DNA of 32,000 nucleotides from Clostridiales bacterium (GCA_012518395.1 JAAYSJ010000158.1:7386-39385); one strand, 5' to 3'. Counted from the first letter of the stretch, positions 1-8,309 are shown. Notes: generated by a model not told the origin, from the letters alone. Translations and numbers: made by a program.

Positions 1-210
1 CAATGCCTTGTCGAGCATATGAGAGATGAGGCAGGTGCGGAAAATCACAAGAAGAACGATTGGGAAGATTACCTTCCAAAAGGGGAAGACGATCCCTTTG
101 ACGATGAAAATGAAATTGATGACGAAGAATTAGGAGATCTAAGGGAGATAGAGCTGGGTGAGGAATTTGATGATTCCGAGTCCGTTTTAGATGAAGGTAT
201 CGATGAATGA
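1..210 (+). CDS. 3' end of an upstream CDS with a strongly acidic (D/E-rich) C-terminal tail; product unknown
   Basis: Frame 1 is open from nt 1 (QCLVEHMRDE...) to the TGA at 208-210, so the ATG at 19 need not be the start. The tail reads DDPFDDENEIDDEELGDLREIELGEEFDDSES. yabG occupies the position upstream of veg in Bacillus and Clostridioides, but the visible residues do not allow that call. Confidence 0.4.
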   Translation, partial: QCLVEHMRDEAGAENHKKNDWEDYLPKGEDDPFDDENEIDDEELGDLREIELGEEFDDSESVLDEGIDE

Positions 211-301
211 ACTGTTTTAAACCCTATATGGACGGGATAATAGCAGGGGAGTCGGATAAGGCTCCTGCAGTAAAATAAAAGAGTGCTGCTTATTCTGGTA
301 G

Positions 302-334
302 ACGCCTTTACCCTTTGGGTACAGGCGTTTTTAT
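302..334 (+). terminator. Rho-independent terminator after the upstream CDS
   Basis: Stem ACGCCTTTACCC (302-313) pairs with GGGTACAGGCGT (317-328) with one mismatch and a 3-nt loop, followed by a TTTTT run. Confidence 0.6.
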
Positions 335-418
335 ATAGGTCGTTTGACTTAGGGGGAATCAAAAAAGTAGTTTTGGATATCATTAAAGATATATGTAAAT
401 AAAACGGGAAGTGATAAA

Positions 419-676
419 GTGATAAACATGGAAGCCCTGGATAGGGTAAAGGATGTATTAGAATCTAACATTGGTGAACGAGTCAGATTAAAGGCCAATA
501 GAGGGCGCAGGCGTACCTATGTGGACGAGGGGGTAATCAGTGATATCTACCCCAGCGTTTTCACAGTGCTGGTCAACACAGATGATCAGGGCACAAGGAC
601 GCTATGCTACACATACTCAGATATCTTAACTTCAAATGTAGAACTGGTAGTATGTAAAAATAATCAAAGAATCTAA
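419..676 (+). CDS. veg: Veg (DUF1021) small DNA-binding/biofilm-associated protein
   Basis: The translation (...ERVRLKANRGRRRTYVDEGVISDIYPSVFTV...YTYSDILTSNVEL) aligns along its length with B. subtilis Veg (KRLTLKANGGRRKT...YPSVFVI...YSYADILTETVEL). The start is either GTG 419 or ATG 428; GGGAAGTG at 406-413 serves as the SD. Confidence 0.9.
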   Translation: MINMEALDRVKDVLESNIGERVRLKANRGRRRTYVDEGVISDIYPSVFTVLVNTDDQGTRTLCYTYSDILTSNVELVVCKNNQRI

Positions 677-762
677 CATAATTTTGGGCATCCCTCTATA
701 TTTATAGATATAGGACATTTATTCTGTGCTTACTATAAATATATCCAAGAGGGGGAGTGGAA

Positions 763-2334
763 TTGACCATAGAATATGAAAAAAAGCTGCTGAAAGTTGA
801 CCAACCCTTAGAAGAAGTAGTTTTTCAGCATCTGGCGGAGGGTGAACTGGTAATTCCCGAAGGCAAACCTGATATAGCCAAAATTTTGGATCTGGCAACC
901 TTTGCTTATGTGACGGGCAAGGAGGTCGTCCAGGACAAAGTTATGGTTGAGGGAATAATTCGCTACAATCTGCTTTATATAGCAGTGGGGGATAACAGTT
1001 CCGTAGTGCAGGCTGAGGATGAAATGGGCTTTACCCTATATGTGGACATAGAGGGTGCAAAACCCAGGATGATAGCCCAGGTATCCCTCGAGCTTGAACA
1101 TATAGACTGGCATATAGAAAATAGCAGAACCTTAAACCTGAAGGCTGTACTCAATATTGGATGTAAAGTCAGACAGCTATTACAGCTGGAGGTCATCAAA
1201 GATTTTGTTGATCAGGAGGCTGTCCAGGCCTTAATGGAGCCGATAAAATTGACAGCCTCGGGCGGTATAGGGAGCAGCCAGACCATTATCCGTGAAGATG
1301 TGGAGATACCGGATGATATGCCTTCTGCAACCAGTGTACTGAGAAAAGAAGCAAACGCCAGGGTACTAGAAAAGAAGGTTATAGATAATAGAATTATTAT
1401 CCAGGGAGAAGCCGATCTTAAAATATTATATGAAACAGACGAACCCCAAGATCCGATCCAACTTCTTCAATATCAAATACCTTTTGCCCATTTTGTGGAG
1501 GTGCAAGGTGCCTATCAGGGCATGGATTGTGATGCAAGGGCTCTGACCCAGGAGTTGGATATATCCATGAGACAAGACGTGGTAGGGGATACCCGGGTGT
1601 TAGCCATAGATATGATCCTCTTTTTGGAGGGGGAAGTCTTTGAATTCTATGAAGGGGATATAGTGGTAGATGCCTATAGCCCGGGGCTAAAACTGGACTT
1701 AAAGAGAGAAAAGATAAAGCAGATATACCAGGCAGGCAAGGATCAAGCCCAATCAATAATTAAAGAAAATATAGAAATCGGTGAGAATATGCCTCCCGTA
1801 GCTAATGTCCTCTATTCTGATGCCAAACCCCTGGTAACTGATTATCATATAAGCCAGGGTCAGGTTATTGTAGATGGAGCTTTAACGGGCTTGGTTTTTT
1901 ATAAGCCTGAAGATGAGGGCTTGCCCGTTAACAGTGTACAGGTAGATATACCCTTTACCCAAACTATAGAGATAGAGGGTATTAGCGAGGATATGGATTG
2001 TACCTGCAATGCAACCGTTCTCTACATAAGCCATACCCAAGTATCACCTACCGAAATTGAATTAAAGGTCACTCTCTTAGTCCAGGTGGAAGCGGAAGCC
2101 ATTAGGGAAAAAGAAGTACTATTAGATGTTGAGGTAGTGGAGGGGGATCAAAGGGAAGACTCCGGAGTGTATATCTATTTCGTACAGCCTGGGGATAGCC
2201 TGTGGTCTGTGGCCAAGAAATATAATACCACCATAAGCAGCATTTTAAAGTTCAACGATTTGGAGGATACAGACAGCCTGGAAGCAGGCAGCAAGCTTAT
2301 GGTATTTAAGAGATTGGATTTTTCAGTATCGTAA
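763..2334 (+). CDS. sipL: DUF3794-repeat protein with a C-terminal LysM domain; SipL/SpoVID-like spore coat morphogenetic protein
   Basis: ~520 aa with a C-terminal LysM signature (YIYFVQPGDSLWSVAKKYNTTISSILKFNDL...GSKLMV). The body has the repeated beta-rich character of DUF3794. Its position between veg and ispE matches C. difficile sipL as I recall it. The ORF opens at GTG 757, but the SD AGAGGGGGAG (748-757) abuts that codon, so TTG 763 is the better start. Confidence 0.75.
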   Translation: MTIEYEKKLLKVDQPLEEVVFQHLAEGELVIPEGKPDIAKILDLATFAYVTGKEVVQDKVMVEGIIRYNLLYIAVGDNSSVVQAEDEMGFTLYVDIEGAKPRMIAQVSLELEHIDWHIENSRTLNLKAVLNIGCKVRQLLQLEVIKDFVDQEAVQALMEPIKLTASGGIGSSQTIIREDVEIPDDMPSATSVLRKEANARVLEKKVIDNRIIIQGEADLKILYETDEPQDPIQLLQYQIPFAHFVEVQGAYQGMDCDARALTQELDISMRQDVVGDTRVLAIDMILFLEGEVFEFYEGDIVVDAYSPGLKLDLKREKIKQIYQAGKDQAQSIIKENIEIGENMPPVANVLYSDAKPLVTDYHISQGQVIVDGALTGLVFYKPEDEGLPVNSVQVDIPFTQTIEIEGISEDMDCTCNATVLYISHTQVSPTEIELKVTLLVQVEAEAIREKEVLLDVEVVEGDQREDSGVYIYFVQPGDSLWSVAKKYNTTISSILKFNDLEDTDSLEAGSKLMVFKRLDFSVS

Positions 2335-2360
2335 GCGGATCCTTTAGTAGAAATAATATA

Positions 2361-2397
2361 ACTGCTTTGCTATATCTTTTGGCAAGCAGTTTTTTTA
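2361..2397 (+). terminator. Rho-independent terminator after the LysM gene
   Basis: ACTGCTT(T)GC ... GGCAAGCAGT hairpin with one bulge, followed by TTTTTTT (2390-2396). Confidence 0.7.
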
Positions 2398-2492
2398 TGG
2401 AAAGATCGTGGGTTATTCTGTATAATTATCTATATGTTTTGCATTTAACATTATTAAATACAGGGCATAGTGAATCGGAAGAGGTTGAATAG

Positions 2493-3383
2493 ATGAATGG
2501 GATTTTTATAAAGGCATATGCTAAGGTAAATTTAACACTGGACGTGGTAAGCAAAAGAGATGACGGTTATCATAACCTGGATATGATAATGCAGTCCATC
2601 GACCTGTGGGATGAGATTATATTAAGGGAAATACATAAGGGAATAGAGATTACGGGCAATATGGACGGGCTGCCTCGAGATGAAGGCAATATAGCTTATA
2701 GGGCTGCAAAGCTTGTGATAGAAGAACTCGGGGTTTCGAGAGGTATCCATATAACCATCAACAAGAATATACCTAAAGAGGCAGGATTAGGCGGAGGCAG
2801 TGCCGATTGCGCCGCAGTAATATCCGGGCTAAACAGGCTATGGGATCTTGGATTGGACAGGGATGGCCTGCGGGCTTTGGGTAAGGGCCTGGGGGCAGAT
2901 GTGCCTTTTTGCCTTATAGGCGGGACAGCCCTGGCCCAGGGTATAGGTGATATATTGACCCCCCTAAACCTAAGGGATGATATGTGGTTGGTGATAATAA
3001 AACCAGACTTTGGTATATCCACAGGGAAGGTCTATTCCCGGTTGGACGTGGGGCGCATAAAGAAAAGACCCGACAATAGGGCTATGATGGGATATCTGAA
3101 TTCCGGCGAGACAGTTAATATAGCAGCTAATATGGTAAATGTATTGGAGGAAGTAACAATACCCGGGAATCCACTCCTGTCGGTGATAAAATCTGAACTT
3201 GTTTCTCTGGGCGCTTTAGGGAGCCTGATGAGCGGGAGCGGACCCTCGGTATATGGGATATTTAGGTGTGAAAATGACGCAGGATTGGCTGCCAAGATAT
3301 TAAAAGAAAAATATAAAGAGGTATACCCTTTGAAAACCATAGACAGGGGTCTAGAGATAAGTACTATTGGTTCAGATCTCTAA
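2493..3383 (+). CDS. ispE: 4-diphosphocytidyl-2-C-methyl-D-erythritol kinase
   Basis: N-terminal KAYAKVNLTLDVVSKRDDGYHNL and the GHMP-kinase motif PKEAGLGGGSADCAA. The length (296 aa) is typical. The SD GAAGAGG lies 8 nt upstream of the ATG. Confidence 0.93.
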   Translation: MNGIFIKAYAKVNLTLDVVSKRDDGYHNLDMIMQSIDLWDEIILREIHKGIEITGNMDGLPRDEGNIAYRAAKLVIEELGVSRGIHITINKNIPKEAGLGGGSADCAAVISGLNRLWDLGLDRDGLRALGKGLGADVPFCLIGGTALAQGIGDILTPLNLRDDMWLVIIKPDFGISTGKVYSRLDVGRIKKRPDNRAMMGYLNSGETVNIAANMVNVLEEVTIPGNPLLSVIKSELVSLGALGSLMSGSGPSVYGIFRCENDAGLAAKILKEKYKEVYPLKTIDRGLEISTIGSDL

Positions 3384-4158
3384 TTGCTTGTATATATTTG
3401 CCGCAGTATTCATCCTCACCGGATATCAACTCGGCTGCATGCATAATAGTCATTATCCCCGGGCTTAAAGGATCCATGATAGCGGCATCCAGACCTGCTT
3501 TTATGGCTAAAACTAAAAAGGCATTATTGATAGACTGGCGCTGGGGAAGGCCAAAGGATATATTGCTAAGTCCGCATACAGTTCTCACCCCGGGTATCTC
3601 GCACTTTATGGAGGCTAAAGTCTTCAACGCCATAAACCCCGCAGATTGGCAGGTTGCCAGGGGTTGAATCATGGGATCTATAAGGATATCTTCAATAGGT
3701 ACTCCGTCTCTGGTAAGATTATTAACCAGCTTGATTGCTACAGATACCCTTCCATCTATGGTTTCCGGGATTCCTTCGTCATCCATACAAAGGGCAATTA
3801 CTGAGGCTCCGAAACCTGTAACCAAGGGGAGGATATCTTTATACCTATTCTTTTGCGCTGTTATGGAATTTATAATGGGTTTTCTCCCTTTATTTATTTT
3901 GAGGGCAGCTTTTATGGCCTCTGGGTTAGGGCTGTCTATACATAGGGGCTTCTTAATGGCTTCCTGAACGACTTGGGTCATCCAGGCTAGAGTCTCCGGC
4001 TCCTCTTCTAAAAAAGTTCCACAATTTATGTCTATATAATGGGCTCCTGCAGCTTCCTGGGTCTTTGCTATGCTTTGAATAGTCAAGGTATCCCTGGCCT
4101 TTGCGGCCTTTTCGACTTCTGCCCTGCTGGTGTTTAATTTTTCGCCTATAACTAACAT
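3364..4158 (-). CDS. Stand-alone pterin-binding domain protein (methyltetrahydrofolate methyltransferase, MetH domain-2 / MeTr-like)
   Basis: 264 aa TIM-barrel-type pterin-binding sequence (GAHYIDINCG..., CIDSP..., NSIT..., GLSNISFGLP...). The SD GGAGGGAG precedes the ATG. It starts 18 nt downstream of the yitJ-like stop, so the two genes form an operon. Confidence 0.8.
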   Translation of the reverse strand: MLVIGEKLNTSRAEVEKAAKARDTLTIQSIAKTQEAAGAHYIDINCGTFLEEEPETLAWMTQVVQEAIKKPLCIDSPNPEAIKAALKINKGRKPIINSITAQKNRYKDILPLVTGFGASVIALCMDDEGIPETIDGRVSVAIKLVNNLTRDGVPIEDILIDPMIQPLATCQSAGFMALKTLASIKCEIPGVRTVCGLSNISFGLPQRQSINNAFLVLAIKAGLDAAIMDPLSPGIMTIMHAAELISGEDEYCGKYIQAIRDLNQ

Positions 4159-4175
4159 TTTGTCTCCCTCCAGCC

Positions 4176-5966
4176 TTAATCCAGGCTTTCTCTGATTATT
4201 TTTGTTATCATCCCTGTTCTATTAAAGGGGGCGATAAAATAGATTCCGCTTACATAGTCTTTTATTTTGTCAATTAAAGCTACGGCGATTTCTACTCCTA
4301 TATCCTCACCTTCCCGGCGTGACATATCCGGGGAGAACCTATCTATAAGATTTCTGGGTATATCTATGCCTGGTACCTCATTATTTAAAAACATGGCATT
4401 TTTATAACTAACAGGGGGCATGATCCCCGCTAGTATCCGGATATCCTTTTCTCCGTTGGCACCTTTCAAGTATTCTATGGCATCATCCGTATAAATGGGT
4501 TGGGTCAGGAAAAAACCAGCCCCTGCCCGGGCTTTTTGTTTCAGCCTCCTCCATTCAACATCTTTGTTATATGCGTTTAAATTTACTGCCCCCGCAAAGA
4601 AGTAGGGATCATAGGCAAAAAGATCCTGGTTCATCTCATCTATCATTTCCATCAATTTCATTGAGTTCAAGTTAAAAACACTTTTTATATCGTTGCGTTC
4701 CGGTGAGGGGATCGGATCCCCGGTTATTATAAGCAGGTTGCGGATATCCTCCATGTAGGCTCCTAAAAGGGAGGATTTTAAGGCTATAATATTTTTATCC
4801 CTGCAACATATATGAGGCATAGCATCTATGCCTGTTTCCCTCTTTATTTTAGAGGCCACCATGATAGAATCAGTTCTGGGTCGCGCCATAGGCGAATCTG
4901 CAACGGTGATTATATCCACCCCGCCATCCCTAAGTTCCCTGGCTCCGCCAATTATTCTATCCAGGTTTGCACTGAAGGGGGGATCTAACTCAGCAGCTAT
5001 GACAAACTTGCCCGATTCTACCTTATTCCTAAAAGTGTTAGGCTCTGCTACTGGTAGAGGTTTTGTCTCTTGGAATATTTTCGGCATTGGGGGTCGGGTG
5101 ATGGGCTCGGTTATTAATAATTCTGATATCCTTTTTATATGGGTAGGGGACGTTCCACAGCACCCGCCTATAATTTTTATACCGAGATTTTTTAGATCCA
5201 TTGACTTGTCGGCAAAATATCCCGGATTGTGAGTATATACCGTACGCTCATTGATGACTACCGGATAGCCTGAATTAGGAAGGGCTGAAACTATATCCTT
5301 TGAAAAATCCAGATTTTTTATTATTTTATAAAGATGCGCCGGACCGATGCCACAATTAAATCCGTATCCGTCTATATAGGGTATCTTTTTGATTTGACTT
5401 TGTATCCTTTTGGCACTTATACCTTTTCGGGTATACCCTTCAGCATTGAGTGCAAATTGGACTAGTATAAAAGCATGGGGGTTCTTGGACTTTATATATC
5501 CGGTGATTTCTCCAATATAATCTGTACTACTGAAGGTTTCAAAGACAAAGTTTTCCGCTCCCAGATCCAGAAAGGTATCCACAATGAATATATATTCATT
5601 TCGGATAAAGTTTCTATCCAGAGCTTTGTTCCCTTTCATTTCCGGCACGGGTCCTATATCGGCGGCAATAAAAACTTCCTGCTCTTTAGATGCTGATTGG
5701 GCAATTTCAAATCCCTTTTTTATAATAATCCCGATATCCCTTCGGCTTTTATCGAGGGTTAAGGTATTAGCAGAAAAAGTATTGGTGCGAATCAATTGGG
5801 CTCCTGCTTCTATATATGCCCTATGTATTCCTTGGATGATACTCGGGCTTTCCAGGTTAGCCAGTTCAGAGATCGTGGTTTGTGTACCCGCCATAGTCGA
5901 AAAATAGGTGCCCATGGCACCGTCAGTGACCAATATGTTATGCTTTAGGTATTCCTTAAGCGTCAT
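4176..5966 (-). CDS. yitJ: Bifunctional homocysteine S-methyltransferase / 5,10-methylenetetrahydrofolate reductase (YitJ-type fusion)
   Basis: The N-terminal half is a homocysteine-binding domain (VTDGAMGT..., FNCG, GGCCGTSP zinc-ligand cysteines). The C-terminal half is MTHFR-like (ELDPP..., ITVADSPMARPR..., LLIITGDP). At 596 aa it has the same architecture as B. subtilis YitJ. Confidence 0.85.
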   Translation of the reverse strand: MTLKEYLKHNILVTDGAMGTYFSTMAGTQTTISELANLESPSIIQGIHRAYIEAGAQLIRTNTFSANTLTLDKSRRDIGIIIKKGFEIAQSASKEQEVFIAADIGPVPEMKGNKALDRNFIRNEYIFIVDTFLDLGAENFVFETFSSTDYIGEITGYIKSKNPHAFILVQFALNAEGYTRKGISAKRIQSQIKKIPYIDGYGFNCGIGPAHLYKIIKNLDFSKDIVSALPNSGYPVVINERTVYTHNPGYFADKSMDLKNLGIKIIGGCCGTSPTHIKRISELLITEPITRPPMPKIFQETKPLPVAEPNTFRNKVESGKFVIAAELDPPFSANLDRIIGGARELRDGGVDIITVADSPMARPRTDSIMVASKIKRETGIDAMPHICCRDKNIIALKSSLLGAYMEDIRNLLIITGDPIPSPERNDIKSVFNLNSMKLMEMIDEMNQDLFAYDPYFFAGAVNLNAYNKDVEWRRLKQKARAGAGFFLTQPIYTDDAIEYLKGANGEKDIRILAGIMPPVSYKNAMFLNNEVPGIDIPRNLIDRFSPDMSRREGEDIGVEIAVALIDKIKDYVSGIYFIAPFNRTGMITKIIRESLD

Positions 5967-6075
5967 TAAAGGTCCCCTCCATTAACAGAAACATTGCTTG
6001 TTGTAGATCTGATAGTTCTCGGATTATGTTTCCGTAGATCTATTTTTAGACAGTGAGTCAATCAAGCAAGAGTAT
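5967..6075 (-). promoter_or_regulatory. Structured 5' leader of the met operon, class unknown, not a recognisable S-box
   Basis: On the minus-strand RNA there are three nested helices: TTGCTTG (6069-6063) with CAAGCAA (6000-5994), TAGATCT (6042-6036) with AGATCTA (6010-6004), and CGGA with TCCG (6034-6020). The SD GGAGGGG (5980-5974) is left unpaired and there is no U-tract. Confidence 0.3.
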
Positions 6076-6081
6076 AATTGC

Positions 6082-6110
6082 ATAATAATACATCCCTTCT
6101 GTGTTGTCAA
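6082..6110 (-). promoter_or_regulatory. Sigma-A-type promoter for the met operon
   Basis: On the minus strand: TTGACA (6110-6105), a 17-nt spacer, then TATTAT (6087-6082). Confidence 0.55.
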
Positions 6111-6218
6111 TTAACTTGCCTAACGGGCAAACCAGTATATTAAGAAATAATCACCTTTATAATGGACGATTAATGGGTTATAATCAATACGGCGATAGCA
6201 GTAAGGTTTCACACGGTA

Positions 6219-7007
6219 TTGGCAGGGCAATCACATATAGGGGGTGGGGTTTTGGAGGTGGATAAAGTAAATGCTTTGATTCTGGCCGGCGGGAAAAACA
6301 AAAAGGAATTTGGGGCAGATATAGACAATAAAGCCTTTATAGAGATGAATAATAAATGGATAGTTGAATATGTGGCGGAGGCTCTTAGAGATTCCGATGC
6401 AGTGGACAGAATTTCTATTGTTGGTCCAGCCAAAAGGTTAAAGTCCAGGTTGACAGGGAAAGCAGATTATTTTATTGAAGAGGAAGCAGATCTCTTTGAT
6501 AATATAAAAAAGGGCTTGGAGCCTTTTAAGGATAATGGTTTTGTATTGATTGTAACATCCGATATTCCTATGATAAGTGGCACTATTGTATCCGAATTGA
6601 TCAAAAGCTGTAAAGCTTTAGACGCCGATCTTTGTTATCCTATTGTTGAAAGAAAGGTCAATGAAAGGATGTATCCTGGCTTTAAGAGAACCTATGTAAA
6701 GCTTAGGGACGGGATCTTTACAGGCGGTAATATTATAGGGTTGAACCCGGACGTTATAGAGCCCTGCGCTGAATTTGCTAAAGAAGTTATATCCCGCAGG
6801 AAAAACCCATGGCGGATGGGAAGGTTATTGGGTATTAATTTCTTAGCTTGGCTGGTAATGGGCATGCTGAGAGTGACCCATATAGAGAAACGCTTTTTTA
6901 AGCTCTTAAAGATTAAAGCCAAGGCTCTTATAGTCCCATACCCGGAAATAGCCAACGATATAGATAAGCCTAGCGATGTTGAGCTTACAAGGCTTTATAT
7001 AAAATAA
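6219..7007 (+). CDS. MobA-like NTP-transferase family protein (nucleotidyltransferase, substrate unknown)
   Basis: N-terminal nucleotide-binding loop LILAGGKNKKEFG...KAF, typical of the MobA/GlmU/IspD-fold NTP transferases. The start is uncertain: TTG 6219 has a weak SD, while in-frame GTG 6258 is preceded by the G-rich GGGGTGGGG. Confidence 0.7.
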   Translation: MAGQSHIGGGVLEVDKVNALILAGGKNKKEFGADIDNKAFIEMNNKWIVEYVAEALRDSDAVDRISIVGPAKRLKSRLTGKADYFIEEEADLFDNIKKGLEPFKDNGFVLIVTSDIPMISGTIVSELIKSCKALDADLCYPIVERKVNERMYPGFKRTYVKLRDGIFTGGNIIGLNPDVIEPCAEFAKEVISRRKNPWRMGRLLGINFLAWLVMGMLRVTHIEKRFFKLLKIKAKALIVPYPEIANDIDKPSDVELTRLYIK

Positions 7008-7160
7008 TAAGTTTTTTTATTTTGGTTGGTAACCCTAATACAAATTATGGCCTACGGGATGAATTTTGTAAAACTTTCTGATATGCAAGCATAATATTAA
7101 AGGATTATGACAATAAATGTAGAATACTTTGTATATGATTACTTAGGGGGAATCTTTTTT

Positions 7161-8219
7161 ATGCTAAGGCTGGAATGGGTAGCCAGACTTTTTTCTATAA
7201 TAGCAGCGGTTTTGCTGGGCATTCTTTTAAGTCCCTATGATACTCCTTTGGTTTTTGCTTTGCTTTTCTGGTCTGGTCTTCTCTATGCTCTCTTCCTTTT
7301 ATTTAAAAAATTTATTTATCCCAGATCCCCCGGGGCTCCCTTAAATTTGATTATAGAGGCCATCGAACTTTTCGGGATTCTGTATATTCATTGGAGATCT
7401 TTTTCTCCCCTGGTAGCCGTTTTGATTGTATCCTTCGTTGTGCGTATGGTATTGATCTATAAGAAGAAGATCTATATGCCTGGGGTGATATTGTCAGCCT
7501 TTCTATTTATTTTGATAGATTTCTTTGCCCCGGATTCCATATCTTATATACCTGCTATAGACAGACCCGGGTTTTGGCTGGTGACCTTTGGGTTCCTTAT
7601 TTGGTTTATGGTACGGCTTGACAAATATATAAGGGATACGGGAGATAGCCTAAACAATTTAGAAAAAACTTTACAGATCCGGGAGACTGTCATAGACGAA
7701 TTGAATGAGTCTAGGGACAAGCTATTAAAATCTAACGATCAGCTATACATATGGGCCAATACGGATCCTCTTACCGGGCTTTATAATTCCAGGTATTTTA
7801 ACAGGTATTGGGACAATTTATACCAGCAATTCAGCCAACTAAAACAGGACGACTACCCCGTGGCTCTTCTAATGATAGATATACAGGGACACAAGATATA
7901 TAATGATGTCTACGGTCATGCAGCAGGCGACCTTCTTATAGAAGATCTGGCGGCTATTATCCGGGAAAGCTCCGAGGCCGAGGATATCCTTGTCAGATAT
8001 AGTGATTATGTATTTGCAGCCATTATACCCGGGCAGCAGGACGGTGAGGCCATCAAATTTTATCACCGGTTTAAACAGGGTGTCATAGAATACTCTAAAG
8101 TATACCCCGGTATGCGCAATATCGAGATATCCGTAGGTTGGTCTTCCTGCACCGATGTAATGAAAGAATCCAAGGAAGATTTAATCGCCAGAGCCATAAA
8201 CAACATGAGAGTTATCTAA
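7161..8219 (+). CDS. Multi-pass membrane protein with a C-terminal degenerate GGDEF domain
   Basis: About 6 predicted TM helices, a coiled-coil linker, then a GGDEF fold (DPLTGLYNSRYF...LLMIDIQGHKIYNDVYGHAAGD). The signature is R-Y-S-D-Y-V-F (8001-8015) instead of GGDEF. ATG 7161 has an AGGGGGA SD 9 nt upstream. The ORF-track start at 7107 has its AGGA only 3 nt from the ATG. Confidence 0.8.
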   Translation: MLRLEWVARLFSIIAAVLLGILLSPYDTPLVFALLFWSGLLYALFLLFKKFIYPRSPGAPLNLIIEAIELFGILYIHWRSFSPLVAVLIVSFVVRMVLIYKKKIYMPGVILSAFLFILIDFFAPDSISYIPAIDRPGFWLVTFGFLIWFMVRLDKYIRDTGDSLNNLEKTLQIRETVIDELNESRDKLLKSNDQLYIWANTDPLTGLYNSRYFNRYWDNLYQQFSQLKQDDYPVALLMIDIQGHKIYNDVYGHAAGDLLIEDLAAIIRESSEAEDILVRYSDYVFAAIIPGQQDGEAIKFYHRFKQGVIEYSKVYPGMRNIEISVGWSSCTDVMKESKEDLIARAINNMRVI

Positions 8220-8309
8220 TATCTAACCTCCGACTTCCAGAATGTATAAATAATATATAAATGTCAATACTCACCATATAAATACATTTAAATTATGGGG
8301 GTATGCATA

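Noticed and set aside
69-383. 104-aa minus-strand ORF at the left edge
   Set aside because: Its S-rich translation is the antisense shadow of the acidic GAn-rich + strand ORF. It also runs through the + strand terminator hairpin and has no SD.
343-401. A veg promoter (TTGACT at 343-348, or TTGGAT-N17-TAAATA at 373-401)
   Set aside because: The first candidate has no acceptable -10 at 16-18 nt. The second would put the TSS on top of the SD. Neither is good enough to annotate.
5967-6218. An expected SAM-I (S-box) riboswitch or Met T-box upstream of the yitJ-like gene
   Set aside because: I looked on the minus strand for the conserved S-box core elements and for a T-box motif or terminator and found none. 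The structured leader is reported as a separate finding rather than called a known riboswitch.
8244-8281. A sigma-F promoter upstream of spoIIR (GTATA at 8244, CATATAA at 8275)
   Set aside because: The spacing and -10 do not fit the consensus as I recall it, and the region is so AT-rich that partial matches are expected by chance.
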